64,000 nt of DNA from Eledone cirrhosa (lineage: Eukaryota): NCBI GenBank assembly GCA_964016885.1, contig OZ024740.1:92752001-92816000 (forward strand). The letters are read 5' to 3'. The position numbers were made by a program, and so were the translations under genes. The notes beneath the pieces are model-generated. The model had not been told where the DNA came from, ran no database searches, and saw only the letters and a program-made list of their open reading frames with translations. Positions 40,763 to 54,077 of the stretch are shown piece after piece. Position 1 is the stretch's first letter. Each line of letters opens with the position of its first letter.

Positions 40763-40974
40763 GATTTTTCAAATACATTTAAAAAAAATAATTATAAAAG
40801 TTAAAACGTTGGGCTCAATGCCCCAATCTTTTTGAGTGTCCTTTTCAGAAAACAATGTATCTGCACTTATATACAGTTAACAATAACGAGTTTCCAATAA
40901 TGACAATTTTAAACAATTGAAAATAACAAAGCTTTGCAGAGCTCACGATAATACGATTTACAACGTAGATCGAC

Positions 40975-41039
<65 letters not shown>

Positions 41040-41205
41040 GGGAAGAAGACGCACGAGGTGACGGAGGTCATGAAATCGCTCCCGTAAGTTTTGAATTTTT
41101 AACATATTTAAATCATTTGTGAAATAACAACTCTTAGTACAAATGCTACGTAAAGCACCCGGCTTGAGCCCCAAAAGAATTCGGACCCAAAATATATTGT
41201 TATAA

Positions 41206-42020
41206 GGCTCAAATATTCAAATATTCAACTTTGTATTGTACACTCTATATCCAAAAAAAAATGGCTATAAATGGAAGAAGAAGAACCCCACCCCCCTCCT
41301 CTCCTCTGGCTACACTATATAGGACAGCTAAACTCACCAACACCAGAAACTAGATACACCACCCACCCCATCATCTGTGTACACTAAACACAACAGCATT
41401 TTCACCTTCACCGCCACCGCTCACTACGGCCATCATTACCACCACTATCCCATCACCGCCGCCACCACCCCTTGACTCCTTCACTGCTGCTGCCACCGCT
41501 ACAGCACCATCACTACAGTAATACGGCTCAAATATTCAAATATTCAACTTTGTATTGTACACTGTATATCCCAAAAAAATAAAATGGCTATAAATGGAAG
41601 AAGAAGAACCCCCCCTCCCCTCCTCTCCTCTGGCTACACTATATAGGACAGCGAAACTCACCAACACCAGAAACTAGATACACCACCCACCCCATCATCT
41701 GTGTACACTAAACACAACAGCATTTTCACCTTCACCGCCACCGCTCACTACGGCCATCATTACCACCACTATCCCATCACCGCCGCCACCACCCCTTGAC
41801 TCCTTCACTGCTGCTGCCACCGCTACAGCACCATCACTACAGTAATACGGTCGCATCACCGCCACCACTGCCTCGGTATCGACATCACCACCACCACTGT
41901 CTCAGTATCGCCACCGCTGCTGCCACCGCTACAGCACCATCACTACAGTAATACGGTCGCATCACCGCCGCCACTGCCTCGGTATCGACATCACCACCAC
42001 CACTGTCTCAGTATCGCCAA
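41206..42020 (+). repeat. Tandem duplications (~319-bp x2 and ~108-bp x2) upstream of the R4-like ORF
   Basis: GGCTCAAATATTCAAATATTCAAC at 41206 and 41525; CTGCTGCCACCGCTACAGC...CAGTATCGCCA repeated. Confidence 0.85.
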
Positions 42021-42529
42021 CGCCGCCAGTCTCTGCTGGCTGCCACTTCCACATTATAGAATTCCTACTACTAACAAAGAGGAAGGCATCAAAATATATA
42101 GATAGACTCAAAAGAAAAAAGAAAAAACAAACAACAAAAGCAGCACAGCAACAACAGCAAAAAACGAGAAAAACAAACAGAGAAAAACAAAAACAAAAAA
42201 AGAAACCCCCAAAACGTAAAGAAAATAAGAATGAAGAGAGAAGCAGGCGGACGGACAGAGAAGAGGGGGGAAATAGTAAAACTTAAAAAACAAAAACTAA
42301 GTCAGACATTCGAATACTACATTACAATGAAACTTATGCTTATTCATTTTTGGGGCCCTTTCTGCCCGTGTGTTTGTTTGTTTATGTGTGTCCGTATACA
42401 GCGTGGTGATAATGCCACACAAGGGCCAAGTGGGATGGCGGATCCACAGATGGCTATGTAAACATACATTCGCCAATCCTCGATAAGAGTGTTTAAATAT
42501 CGAACATAAACAGTTCGAATAACGGTGAA

Positions 42530-45500
42530 ATGGAGACTAGAACGTCATGTGACAGACTCTCACCCAACAGGTGCCCCCTGGCTCAGCAGCAGGAACCTGA
42601 CTGTCAACCAAATACTGCTGATGTTGGAGGAAGAAGAAGAAGGAAAGGGGCCAGAACCAACTGGACGAAAGAATTGAATAGAACTGTTATGCAATGCTAC
42701 CTGAAAAGTAACCCCAAGGAGAGGGGCTACAGGAGACGGATGCATAACATCTGGAACGAGATTGGTTTATTTAAATTAGATGAACAAACATTGGCCGGGC
42801 AGGCTCGGGTAATAAGAACTAATGGGTGGATAAGCGAGCTGGAACTGGAGGAACTGAGCAGAGAGAATGGCTTGGAAATGGCGGGTGTAGTATGCCAGAC
42901 AAGCGAGCCGGCGGGAAATGAAGGTGAGGAGGTCCTGAGAACGGAGGAACCACCCGAAGCAGACAATGATCTGAATACTGAGATAAATAATACCTGGAAC
43001 AGAGATACGGCCACTGAGGAGATGAATGCTGACGGGCTAGGACAAGATTCGGTTGACATCCTAAATTTAGTGGTAGATGAGTTGAACAATGATAGTGGGA
43101 GACCTATGAACCTAAGATTTGTAGACAGGAAAAAGTTAAAAGAAACAACAGGTAAGGTAAACAAAGTCATCCCATACCTTGAGGCGAGGAGTCTTCACCA
43201 GTGCAACAATATCCTCAAAGCAACAGCAAATACGGTGAGGAAACTACTTGGTATAAAAGCGAGAGGAAACAACAGACAAGAAAGAGCAGAGCCGTGGTGG
43301 AAGAAGCGACTGAGTGGGCAAATCGGGGAAATGAGAAATGACATAGGAAAGCTTGAGTCACTACTGAATGGGACACTAAAAAACATAGGCACTAAAAATA
43401 GACTGGAAATAAAATACAAAACTAGGAGTAAAAAGCTAAATATTATCATAGAGGAATTGAAGCAACGCATTGTAGCAAAAAGTGCCAAAATCAGGCGATA
43501 CGAGAACAGAGTCAGTCAGTATAAACAGAACCGCATGTTCGACAACAACCAGAAGATGCTGTTTGGACAGCTTGAGGGGAAAGAAAGAGGCAACGACTTG
43601 ATCCCTGGGGCGGAACAAGCTAAAACATTCTGGAGAGGAATATGGGAGCAGGATGTTAGACACAATGCCCAGGCAGGGTGGATTGAGACAGTACAGAGGG
43701 AGATCGGTGAGCAGGCACAGCAACAGACTGATTTGAGTATCACAGTTGAAACTCTTAAGGGGCAAGCCAAAAAACTAACCAACTGGAAATCACCAGGCCC
43801 AGATGGTGTGCAGGGGTATTGGATTAAACATTTAACATCCCTCCACCCGAAGCTGACGGCCATGTTCAATGACTGCTTGGTGTCGGGTGAGGTGCCAGAG
43901 TGGTTGACAAAAGGTACCACAGTTCTGATAATGAAAGACCGAATCAAGGGTAATGATGTTACCAACTATAGACCTATCACATGTCTGCCCGTAATGTGGA
44001 AACTGTTGACGAGCATTGTGTCTGAGGAAATCTACCATCACCTCCACACAAACAACTTGTTGCCGGACGAACAGAAAGGATGCCGAAAGAAGTCACGTGG
44101 TACAAAGGACCAGTTGCTTATTGATAAGATGGTAATGGGGAATTGCAGGAGGAGACACACTGATCTTGCCATGGGATGGATAGACTACAGAAAGGCATTT
44201 GACATGGTGCCTCATTCCTGGATCACCAAAAGCCTGGAGATCTTCAGGGTGGCAGATAACATCAGACAGTTGCTGGGCAGGAGTATGGGGTCCTGGGAGA
44301 CAGAGTTGACATCAACTGGAGTATCCTTGGGAAGCGTGAAGATCAAGAGAGGTATCTTCCAGGGAGATAGCCTGTCCCCTCTGTTGTTTGTCCTTGCCCT
44401 GATGCCCTTGACCATTATGCTGCGAAAAGTGAGAGCAGGATACAAGTTGGGAAGGGGAGAGCTTACCATCAATCACCTCCTCTTCATGGACGATCTTAAG
44501 CTCTTCGGGAAAAGTGAGAAGGAGTTGGATGTGCTTGTTGACACTGTCCGTATTTTCAGCAGTGATATATGTATGCAGTTTGGTATTGGTAAATGTGGAG
44601 TCATTGTGATGAGGAGGGGTAGGTTGAGCAGAAGTAACGGGATCCAGATACCAACAGGTGAGATGATAAAGGAAATTGAATCTGAGGAAGGATACAAGTA
44701 TTTGGGCGTTCTGGAGGCTGATGGCATAAAGAACAAAAAAATGAAGGAATTGTTAAGAACTGAATACATTCGGAGAGTAAGGAGCGTATTGAAGTCACAT
44801 CTGAACAGCAGAAATGCCATAAGCGCAGTAAATTCCCGAGCTGTGTCTATTATTAGGTACAGTGCGGGAATTCTGAGATGGAATGTTGCTGAACAAAAAT
44901 AAATGGATAGGAAGACTAGGAAGCTATTGACTATCTACAACATGTTCCACAAGAGGAGTGACGTCGATAGACTCTACCTAAGGAGATATGAGGGTGGAAG
45001 AGGTCTTATCAGCATAGAGGACTGTGTTCAGATGGAGAAAAACAACCTATACAAATACGTGACCTATAGTAAGGAGCCAATGCTCAGAGCTGTACTGAAG
45101 GAGGGGACAGTAGGCCAGGGGATATCCAAGGAGGAAATAACATCAAGGAGGAAATAACATCAAGGAGGAAGAGCAGCCTTAAGGGAAAATCCCTTCATAG
45201 TACCTTCTTTGAGAAAACTGAATTTAGAAATCCACAGACATGGAACTGGTTGAGAAGAGGAGACCTCAAAAAGGCTACAGAAGGAATGCTAATGGCTGCG
45301 CAGGAGCAGGCCCTCAAAACGAAGTGGTTGAAGCACCATATCTACAAGGAGGAGGCTAGCCCACTGTGCAGGATCTGTGGAGAGAGAGAGGAGACTGTGG
45401 CTCACATTGTGTCCGAGTGTAAACACCTAGCTCAGACCCACTATAAGGGCTGGAGACACGATGTGATGGGCAGGGTGATCCACTGGCACCTGTGCAAAGT

Positions 45501-45939
45501 AAACAATCTACCACATTCTGAGAAATGGTATGAGCATAGGCCAGAGGCGGTGATGGAGAACAGTCAGGTGAAGGTGCTGTGGGATTTTAGGATACAGACG
45601 GACAAAAAACTGGAACACAATAGACCTGACCTGGTGGTTGTGGACAAAGAAAAAAGATCGTGCCTGATTGTGGATGTGGCCTGCCCGTTCGACACGAGAG
45701 TGCAAGAGAAGGAGAGGGAGAAAATTAACCGATACCAGGACCTAAAGTGGGAGGTGAAAAGGATTTGGAACTGCCATGAAGTCAAAGTGATCCCGATTGT
45801 CATAGGCGCACTGGGGACTATCTCCAAAGGTTTCCAGGGATGGTTAAAGAAAATCGGCCCCTTCACGCTTTTTGGAACGCTTCAAAAGGCATGCTTGCTT
45901 GGAACGGCAAGAACCCTCCGATACGTCCTGAATATCTGA
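42530..45939 (+). pseudogene. R4/Dong-like polyprotein (RT, zinc knuckle, restriction-like endonuclease) with two lesions
   Basis: WKSPGPDG, NYRPITCL, DYRKAFD, GIFQGDSLSP, LFMDDLKL, CRICGEREETVAHIVSEC, RPD...DVACP...EK..RY. In-frame TAA at 44900-44902; a 17-bp duplication (CAAGGAGGAAATAACAT, ~45127-45160) whose removal restores the frame. Confidence 0.93.
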
Positions 45940-46025
45940 GGCTGCAGGTAGTGGCTTGATATTCAATCCAACGGAATTTCCAGTTAACCAACATCAATGA
46001 CTGAGATTCAAGGAATAACAATAAC

Positions 46026-46088
<63 letters not shown>

Positions 46089-46090
<2 letters not shown>

Positions 46091-46237
46091 GCTTTTTGGA
46101 ACGCTTCAAAAGGCATGCTTGCTTGGAACAGCAAGAACCCTCCGATACGTCCTGAATATCTGAGGCTGCAGGTAGTGGCTTGATATTCAATCCAACGGAC
46201 TTTCCACTTAACCAACATCAATGACTGAGATTCAAGG
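46089..46237 (+). mobile_element. 5'-truncated copy of the same R4-like 3' end
   Basis: Nearly identical to 45865-46013; (AAT)n on both sides. Confidence 0.9.
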
Positions 46238-46246
46238 AATAACAAC

Positions 46247-46282
<36 letters not shown>

Positions 46283-46774
46283 CTTTAGCATCCAAACAGA
46301 CCGAAAAATAGATGCAAATAGACCTGATATAATATTGAAGGACTTTCAAAGGAGGGTATGCCTGCTAATTGATATGTCCGTCCCAATAGACAAGGATGTA
46401 TCTATAAAAACATTTGAAAAATTGAGCAAGTATAAGGACCTGGAGATAGAAATTGGAAAAATGTGGAAATTGAGAACTAAAACAATACCAGTGGTTGTAG
46501 GCGCTCTGGGAATGATGCCTAAGGGGTCTAACGACTACTTATCGCAAATCCCAGGAAACCCGCGTATAGGAGAAATACAAAAGATAGTATTAATGGGAAC
46601 TGCCCATATACTAAGGAAGATCCTGTCAATATAAGTACATCACAAGTCTAAACACTAAGGATGCATGTGTGAATATGTATGTTCTTTCTTGAACATGGCG
46701 GACCTTGTTGTCTCTTGAGGTCACTGGTTGTGACTTGGTGATAACTCGTATAAACATAAAGCAAGTTAAATGCA

Positions 46775-46775
<1 letters not shown>
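46283..46775 (+). mobile_element. 3' fragment of a second R4-like family (RLE domain)
   Basis: IQTDRKIDANRPD...LIDMSVP...EKLSKYKDL...IPVVVGALG...GTAHILRK; (AAT)n-flanked. Confidence 0.9.
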
Positions 46776-46816
<41 letters not shown>

Positions 46817-46818
<2 letters not shown>

Positions 46819-47780
46819 TTTCTTTATTAACCACAAGGGTTTACATAAAGTAGACATTAAGGACAGTGCAGGACAATGCAGGACGGTACAAATGGGCATT
46901 TCTGCGTGTAAAAAAAACAAAAACAGAGGATGTAACAAAAATAACAATGAAAATAACAATGAAAAATTCCCCAATAGGGGGGAGACTTCGGAGGGACATT
47001 TGTGGAGAAAGCCCAGTAAAAAGCCACAATGACCCTGACCACCAAGGCAAGTGCCCTCTCCCAGTTTTCCACCTTTAGTTTACAGATATATACTCAGAGT
47101 CGGCCCATTCACTCGGGCCATTCTTGCTTCTCTCACCCATCTTTCAACAAAATGCTGGGAAGAGAGCACTTCCTTCTCTACTCTGATTTTCCTTTTCAAA
47201 TGAAATTTGAAAAAGTCAATCAGAGCATCACCGAAGAGGTAAGTGCTCGTCTTCAGCCCTTTCAAACGTGTCCACCATACTATCTCTTTCGCCATGGCCA
47301 CCAGACAGATAAAAACTGCCTGCCCTTCCCGGCTAAAGGAGGAGGGCGGGGCAATCCTCACGATAGACTCAGATGATAGCTGGATCCGTCCTAAACGCGA
47401 CAGCAGGTGTTCGACATAAACCCACAAGTCAGCAATTTTCGGACACTGGACGAGTGCGTGCAGGACGGTTTCGTCGCCCTGCGCGCATCTCGGACATGCC
47501 CGGCTGACGGCACCTCCATGCCTGTAGAGTTTATCCCGAACTGGCAAGGCTCCTCGGTAGCACTGCCAGGCCAGAGATTTCTGGAAGTTGTCCATAGGCC
47601 CTGGCCCGAAAGTTCTTCCGAAGAGATTGGCTAGTTGATTTTCGTCGACGCCTAGAGTTTCCCCAAGTACGTCGTCGCTCTTCCCCTCCACTAATCCTCT
47701 ATAGAACGCCGAGGTGGAGTTTCCACCGATCACATTGCCCGATTGGTCGAGGGCTGTGAGCGCCTGAAGACATTCCAGTC

Positions 47781-47781
<1 letters not shown>
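46817..47781 (-). mobile_element. 5'-truncated second copy of the Tx1-like element
   Basis: Colinear with 35216-36166; CPRCAQGDETVLHALVQC; (AAT)n-flanked. Confidence 0.92.
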
Positions 47782-47856
<75 letters not shown>

Positions 47857-47857
<1 letters not shown>

Positions 47858-48930
47858 GCAGACGCCCTTACCATAATAGAACTAACAACACATGACATTG
47901 CAATTGACGAAACCGTACCAACTGTCCACTCCAGGTACACTTCCTGATTAGAATTGTTATCTACAAATGCACAGTGACGACCAGTTATAGCACTAAGTCT
48001 TTAGATAGGCGCCACTTCTAAAGAGTTCATGACTAGATTTAGATCGCATCCCCACTCTTTTAGAAATAAGAAACTCAGGTTCTCTACCTCCCTTGCTATT
48101 TATATCACACTATAAATCGAATATAACTACACAATCCGGTGGAGTCAAGTAGATCAATCAACGCTTTACATCTTTAGGAATAATACTGAGCTGTGCCTAA
48201 TGGAAACGTATTATGTAGTAAGCATTTCATCCTTACCGGGTGGATAAAACAATGTACCAGTAATACCGGGATAATTGCTGGCCTTGTGCCAATAGTAGAA
48301 ACAATTATGTAGTAAGCTCACCCCACACACTTATTAATAATAGAGCTGAGACGGCAATACATTCTAAGTACAGTCTACAGCACTCGTTCTATAACTGGCC
48401 TCTAGACCAAGTATAACCTCCTATCCCAACAGCTGTCTATATTACACCACCATTAAATTCTTCCTATAATAGTTCAGCTTAAGTACAGTATTTAATGATG
48501 CCCTTAACCAGCCACCTAACTTTTACCTAAGCACTGTCCAACATCTACTGAATTAGACTAACTCAGCAAAATCATCCCTTTAACAGGTATATACAAAATA
48601 TTATAGTGTTGTTTTTCTGCCTTTTCACCGTGCTGTTGCCTCCCTTGGGGATTATGCCCCTTTCGCACTCACCTTTAATATTTTGCTCTCCGATGCGTGT
48701 AGACGTAAATCTACTGTGAAGAGTTTCAACCAGATCTGACGGTATGTTTATTGATGATATTGTATTAACTAACATTCCTCTGTATAGAATGCATGATTCT
48801 TTAATGCAGCTGAAACATATATAAGGTTTGTATATAACTTGTTATAATGGCTAGTATAACTTGTTATAATGGCTATTAACTAGTAACACCTGCATTCCTT
48901 CGCTTGCGGCTATACCAAGGGTTAACATAA
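47857..48930 (+). pseudogene. Continuation of PLE family D: decayed GIY-YIG and 3' UTR with decayed hammerhead (48747-48825)
   Basis: IVIYKCTV...IGATSKEFMTRFRSH..SFRN...STSL...IRW...LCLME...LINNRAE; UUUA-UUGAUGA-U..UUGUAUUA/UAAUGCAG..U-GAAA-CAUA-UA-UAAG. Confidence 0.78.
48224..48303 (+). mobile_element. Truncated SINE with 14-bp TSD inside the PLE endonuclease remnant
   Basis: TSD ATTATGTAGTAAGC at 48210-48223 and 48304-48317. Confidence 0.88.
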
Positions 48931-48979
48931 TATATAGCTTTCATATATTGTACCGATTGTGTTGTAATATCTGTTTACC

Positions 48980-49043
<64 letters not shown>

Positions 49044-49052
49044 GAGAGAGAA

Positions 49053-49125
<73 letters not shown>

Positions 49126-51899
49126 TGTGTATAAATTATAAGAGATTTTACAGAATAATATATTAGAAGTAACAAAACATTGTTATCACTTAGAAAAATA
49201 TATTATCAAATCATTGTTTATAATTGGAATATAGTGTCTTTCGCGAGTCACATTGTGAAAGACGAACCTACTGGATTCTAAATATAATCATTGTTTTATA
49301 AATTTATGTTTTGTTCAATTACGTTTTCAAGATACCTTTATGTTCTCGATCTATATATACACAGTCACATACACATACACGGTGACATACAAAAAACACA
49401 TACACATACATAAATACAAACACATACATACGAACACAGACACATATATGTATATATGTATGTATGTAATATGTTAACATATATTGCTTTCATTTATGTT
49501 ATATTTTATGTTATGTCGCATTATATTACATTATTTTCGTTTTATATAATTAGAATATTCATTAATTTTGGTTTCTAACCTATTGTCGTGTTATCGATAT
49601 TATTTGAGATGTTAAACATCTATATCAACTCAATTATCTGATTACATTATTGTCATCTCCTAATTTTCGTTAAGGTTTTTGCTTACTTTCTTATACATTT
49701 CCTCACTTCATCTTAAGCCAAGATATATTATTTTTCTAATGTAGATCCAATTTTAACTATAAATGTGAAAGTGTTGTCGTATGCCTATCCCTTAAAATAT
49801 CCGATATTTTCTCTTAATCACCATATATTGTATCATAAATAGTTTCTTTATTTAGTTTTACATCTATTGAAACAGAATTATTACTCCAATTTTGTCTTCA
49901 TCGCTTTTCGCTACCTTTATTCGCTCTTCATCAAATATTTGTTCTGCTTCTTATTCTAAAACGTATTCTTATACTAAATTTTAAAAGAATTCCCTTTCAA
50001 TTTTCACACAATAATCTTGATATCAAGAGATTCTGTATTTCTATTTATGTAATGCCCAACGTCATATAACATTATTTTCATATATAGTGAGTCCACTCAT
50101 ACATCTTGATTTGTTATATATTCTTTCATTTATAGATCGGTATTATTGAATGATGTTCGTTAGACCCATGTTATCGCTATAACATCTCTCTATCATATAT
50201 AGAGTATGAATAAATAAAATGTCTCCTCTTTTTTAAAATGTTAACTTATGATTCTATTTTTTTTTAAATGTAAATATCAATGGGGGGTAGAGCACCCAAT
50301 GTTCTCTCATTTTCTCCATCTTGGAATGTAAGTGTATATGTCTTGATCTATTTTTGTCTGTTATGTATTTTTTTATTTGAATAATATCTAGTTTCCAAAA
50401 GCCTTCTTCATCACTACAACAACCTTCGCACGTGTCGCGTGTTTAAATTCCAGATAATCGTGAAAACGTTGAGTAACGTACATGCAAAACGTGCATTTGT
50501 CGTCGATTAATATTTAACAGTTAAATATGTGCAACTTATGCAGTTATCCGAATTAACCATCCCAATAGGTGTTGGAGTTAAGCAAATTATTTCCCCAATA
50601 TTGTATCATTCTTAGATATATTTAAATATAACGTTACAGAACGAGACAGATTTGAAACTAAAGATAGATCGATATCATATATGGAGGTTTTTGCTAACTA
50701 TGTGAAATGGATACCGGTATGCGTTAACAACATATTGATGATAATATATATATATATATAGTAATTCAGGAATGAGATCTCATGATAGCAAATACTGAGA
50801 GGCGAAATTTCATAAAATATATCACATTGCATTTCCAACAACACGAGACAATATGTGATATTATAGTATGATAATGCACATTTTTTTCTGATTGCGGAAT
50901 ACTTTATTTATCATTCGATGAGTTGAGAAATGAGAGAGGTAAAACGCATGGAAGAGAAAGTAAAATAAAATTTAAAAAAACAACTAAATATGTCGATAGG
51001 TGTAGAATACTATGGAAAAATATCATTCATAACAAAGATAAAAACCACTGATAATGATAATTACATTTACACATATACATTCAGCGATTGATTGCTTCAC
51101 TGTTTATTTCATGTGTTGTATGGCAGTCATGAAGTGCAAAGATAATGTTGCCGAAGTAGTTGAATGAGTTAATAGATTGTTGGTCGAGTAAAGAAAGGTG
51201 CGTATGTCTCAGTGAATGATGAGAAGTTTACCCATGATCAAGGAAAAAAGTTGTTGAACTCGTTTTTAGCATGAAAATATTATTATTATCCAAATGAAGA
51301 TTTTTCCATATCAAATGGATGGGAATTATCATATGAACAAGAAACAGCTAATATAAATGTTTTATTTATGACATAATTTACTTTGCAGCAGTGAATAACG
51401 GAAAAATATGCAAGCATAAAGGCAGTACGTTACGTGAACAATGGAGAGTACATAGTATTACATTTTAATAATATGTTAAAAGTTTCAGCATGGCTGGCTA
51501 GCGAATGGGTCTGTCTGTGTTTGCGTCTACAGTTCTTTGCTGGGCAATACATGTCTAGCAGATTCATGTGGCTGTCGAAAAGGAGATTATGACCAACGCG
51601 GAAAATTCCCTTGAATATATCAGATTTAGTTCATCCATAAACACTTAACAGATGGCTTTGTCAAATGCCCTCTTTTTCTTCACCATGATAACATAAATCT
51701 TCTGCAAGACATTTTGGATCTGACTTGATATGTCAGTCATTTGGTGGCCGTGTGTGGCAGGCTAAGAAATTCACCTTGAGTAACAAATAATTCCCCTTAC
51801 ACACACACTCACACACACAGACACACAAAACACGCACACACATATTTATCAACTTATCTATCTATCTTTCTATTTATCTATCTATCCATCTATATATCT

Positions 51900-53021
51900 G
51901 TAGCCATCTTTATATACACTTCATCCATCGTATGCAGTTCTCTGGTTACAATCAGAGAGATAAAATCAGAGTATATAGAGGAGCCAGAACCAAATGGGAA
52001 AAAATGGTAAATAATGATACAAATGGGACCTGGCCCTAGGAGCACATTTTGGAACAGAATAGAAAGAACTAGGAATAAGGTTAATAGCATAAACTCATGG
52101 ATGATATCAATAATTACCAGAGAGTAATTGTTCATCGATACAACCCTACAGGTGAACTAGCTTACACATTTAGAAGGGCCCTAGATAAACTTAAACTAAA
52201 GTTAAGATAGTGGAAAGACCAGGTTCCTCAAAAAAAAACCCCTTATTAGTAATACATACCCTTTTCAAAGACCTTCCTGTATAGATAAGAAATGCATAAT
52301 ATGTAAACTAAGCACCCATATTAACTGCAAAACTAGAAACATAATATATAGTATAAGGTGTACTGAGGGACAATGTTAAGATAAGAATATAATGTACAAA
52401 GGTGAGACCGCACGTACTATAAGAGAACGATTAAATGAACACTGGCGACAATGTCAAGATAGAAAAGATTCATCAGTACTCCACCAACATGCTAAAATAG
52501 AAAATAAGGGCAAATTAGAGTACATAGAAATGAAAATAGAATCTACACACAGAAAAGACGCAATGTTTAGACAAATTACAGAGGCAATAAACATAAAAGA
52601 ATTACAACCAAAATTAAATAGAAAATATGAGTGGAACAGCAACATCACGACTTACAATTAAGGACAAAATGAAAACACACACACATAGAACAAACAACCA
52701 ACTAGTAACATGTAAATAAACAATTAAATAAACAAATAAAAACACACACGGACATCCGGATGTAACACATGCGCAAACTAAGCATAAAACACACACAAAA
52801 CCAATAAGAGAAACCCGGTCGCTGATGAGGTCACAAAATGTGTGACGAAAATAGTTGACAATATATGAACAACCGTCCGGTTGTGGAACCAACCAACCGG
52901 AAATTTATAATTTAAACATTTTTTTAATTTTTTATTTATAATTTAATTTATAATAAGTTGTAGTGAAAACGACTGGTGCGTTTGTTTCTTATTGGCAACA
53001 TGACCCTCCCAAAGTATAACA

Positions 53022-53022
<1 letters not shown>
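51900..53022 (+). mobile_element. 5'-truncated PLE family A copy; GIY-YIG remnant and hammerhead motif at 52818-52859
   Basis: GETARTIRERLNEH...PKLNRKYEWNSNITTYN as at 5830; CUGAUGA-G-GUCACA(aaaug)UGUGAC-GAAA; 3' end runs into (TA)n. Confidence 0.9.
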
Positions 53023-53117
<95 letters not shown>

Positions 53118-53139
53118 GTATATACATATATATATATAC

Positions 53140-53184
<45 letters not shown>

Positions 53185-53185
53185 T

Positions 53186-53622
53186 ATTAAGACAGTGGGG
53201 AAGAAAAAAATGGCTTCACTTGTGCTTTCAACAAATTTATTTTCTTCACAAAATCCAAAAATAATTTTTTTTCCGGATTAGAAAATATTTTTTTCTTAAA
53301 GAAAAAAAAAAATTTTTTATAAATTAAGTTGTTGGTTGTTGGTATCTTGAAGAAAGGGAAGATTGTGAATGTTCCTTTCCCGCATAAACAACAAATTAAA
53401 GACCCCACAGTCAGAAATACCACATGTAGCGCACACTTTGCATCATGTGGGAAAGGAAAATTCACAATCTTCCCTTTCTTCCAGATACCAACAACCAACA
53501 ACTTAATTTAGAAAAAATTTTTTTCTAATCCGGAAAAAAAATTATTTGGGGATTTTGTGAAGAAAATAAATTTGTTGAAAGCACAAGTGACTCCATGTTT
53601 TTCTTTCCCCCTGTCTTAATAT
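53186..53622. repeat. Long imperfect palindrome (~190-bp arms, ~60-bp spacer) between (TA)n tracts
   Basis: 53186-53385 mirrors 53445-53622. Confidence 0.9.
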
Positions 53623-53863
53623 ACCTAACTGTACCTAGGATTACACACATTTTCCAATATATATATATATATATATAGTAATAATAATACATTTAAAGAC
53701 TAAAATCCAAAGAGGGCTCGATAAGGATAAATAAATATAAAATATATAAGAACCGTAGCGCAAATATTTATTTAAATAACAGATTAAAGTTTAAGCAAAG
53801 AATCGTTGCTTTCACCCTTAACGTGTGAAATATCCACTTCTGCGTTTACAGATTGACTTTATT

Positions 53864-53914
53864 AGTTTCAGAAGATCCCGTTAAGGGTGAAAGCAGCGAT
53901 TCTTTGCTTAAACC
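53864..53914 (+). ncRNA. Hammerhead with CAGAAGA core in a small fold-back unit (arms ~53764-53823/53879-53938)
   Basis: AGUUU-CAGAAGA-U-CCC(guuaa)GGG-U-GAAA-GCA...UGC-UU-AAAC(C/U). Confidence 0.65.
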
Positions 53915-53930
53915 TTAATCTGTTATTTTA

Positions 53931-53987
<57 letters not shown>

Positions 53988-54017
53988 TAGTTATGTAATA
54001 AACAACATAAGGTATTA

Positions 54018-54077
54018 TTCCATTTACCAGTGGTTTCTTAAAAGCAAAAGATTTTGCTTTCAATCCTCAGAATGAAA
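54018..54077 (-). ncRNA. Intact type I hammerhead; second copy at 54761-54820 has a non-cleavable GUG site
   Basis: UUUCAUU-CUGAGGA-UUGAAAGCAAAA(uc)UUUUGCUUUUAA-GAAA-CCACUGG-UA-AAUGGAA. Confidence 0.85.

Larger units (their letters stand above)
35216..40974 (-). mobile_element. Apparently full-length Tx1/L1-clade non-LTR retrotransposon (decayed), flanked by (AAT)n on both sides
   Basis: ORF1 and ORF2 remnants; AATAAA just before the 3' (ATT)n. Confidence 0.9.
41040..46013 (+). mobile_element. Near-full-length R4/Dong-clade (RLE) non-LTR retrotransposon in (AAT)n
   Basis: Single long RT+CCHC+RLE frame, short 3' UTR ending in (AAT)n; 5' boundary assumed at the upstream (AAT)n. Confidence 0.85.

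Noticed and set aside
49200-51890. Long AT-rich stretch without obvious repeats
   Set aside because: No ORF, repeat or RNA motif recognisable.
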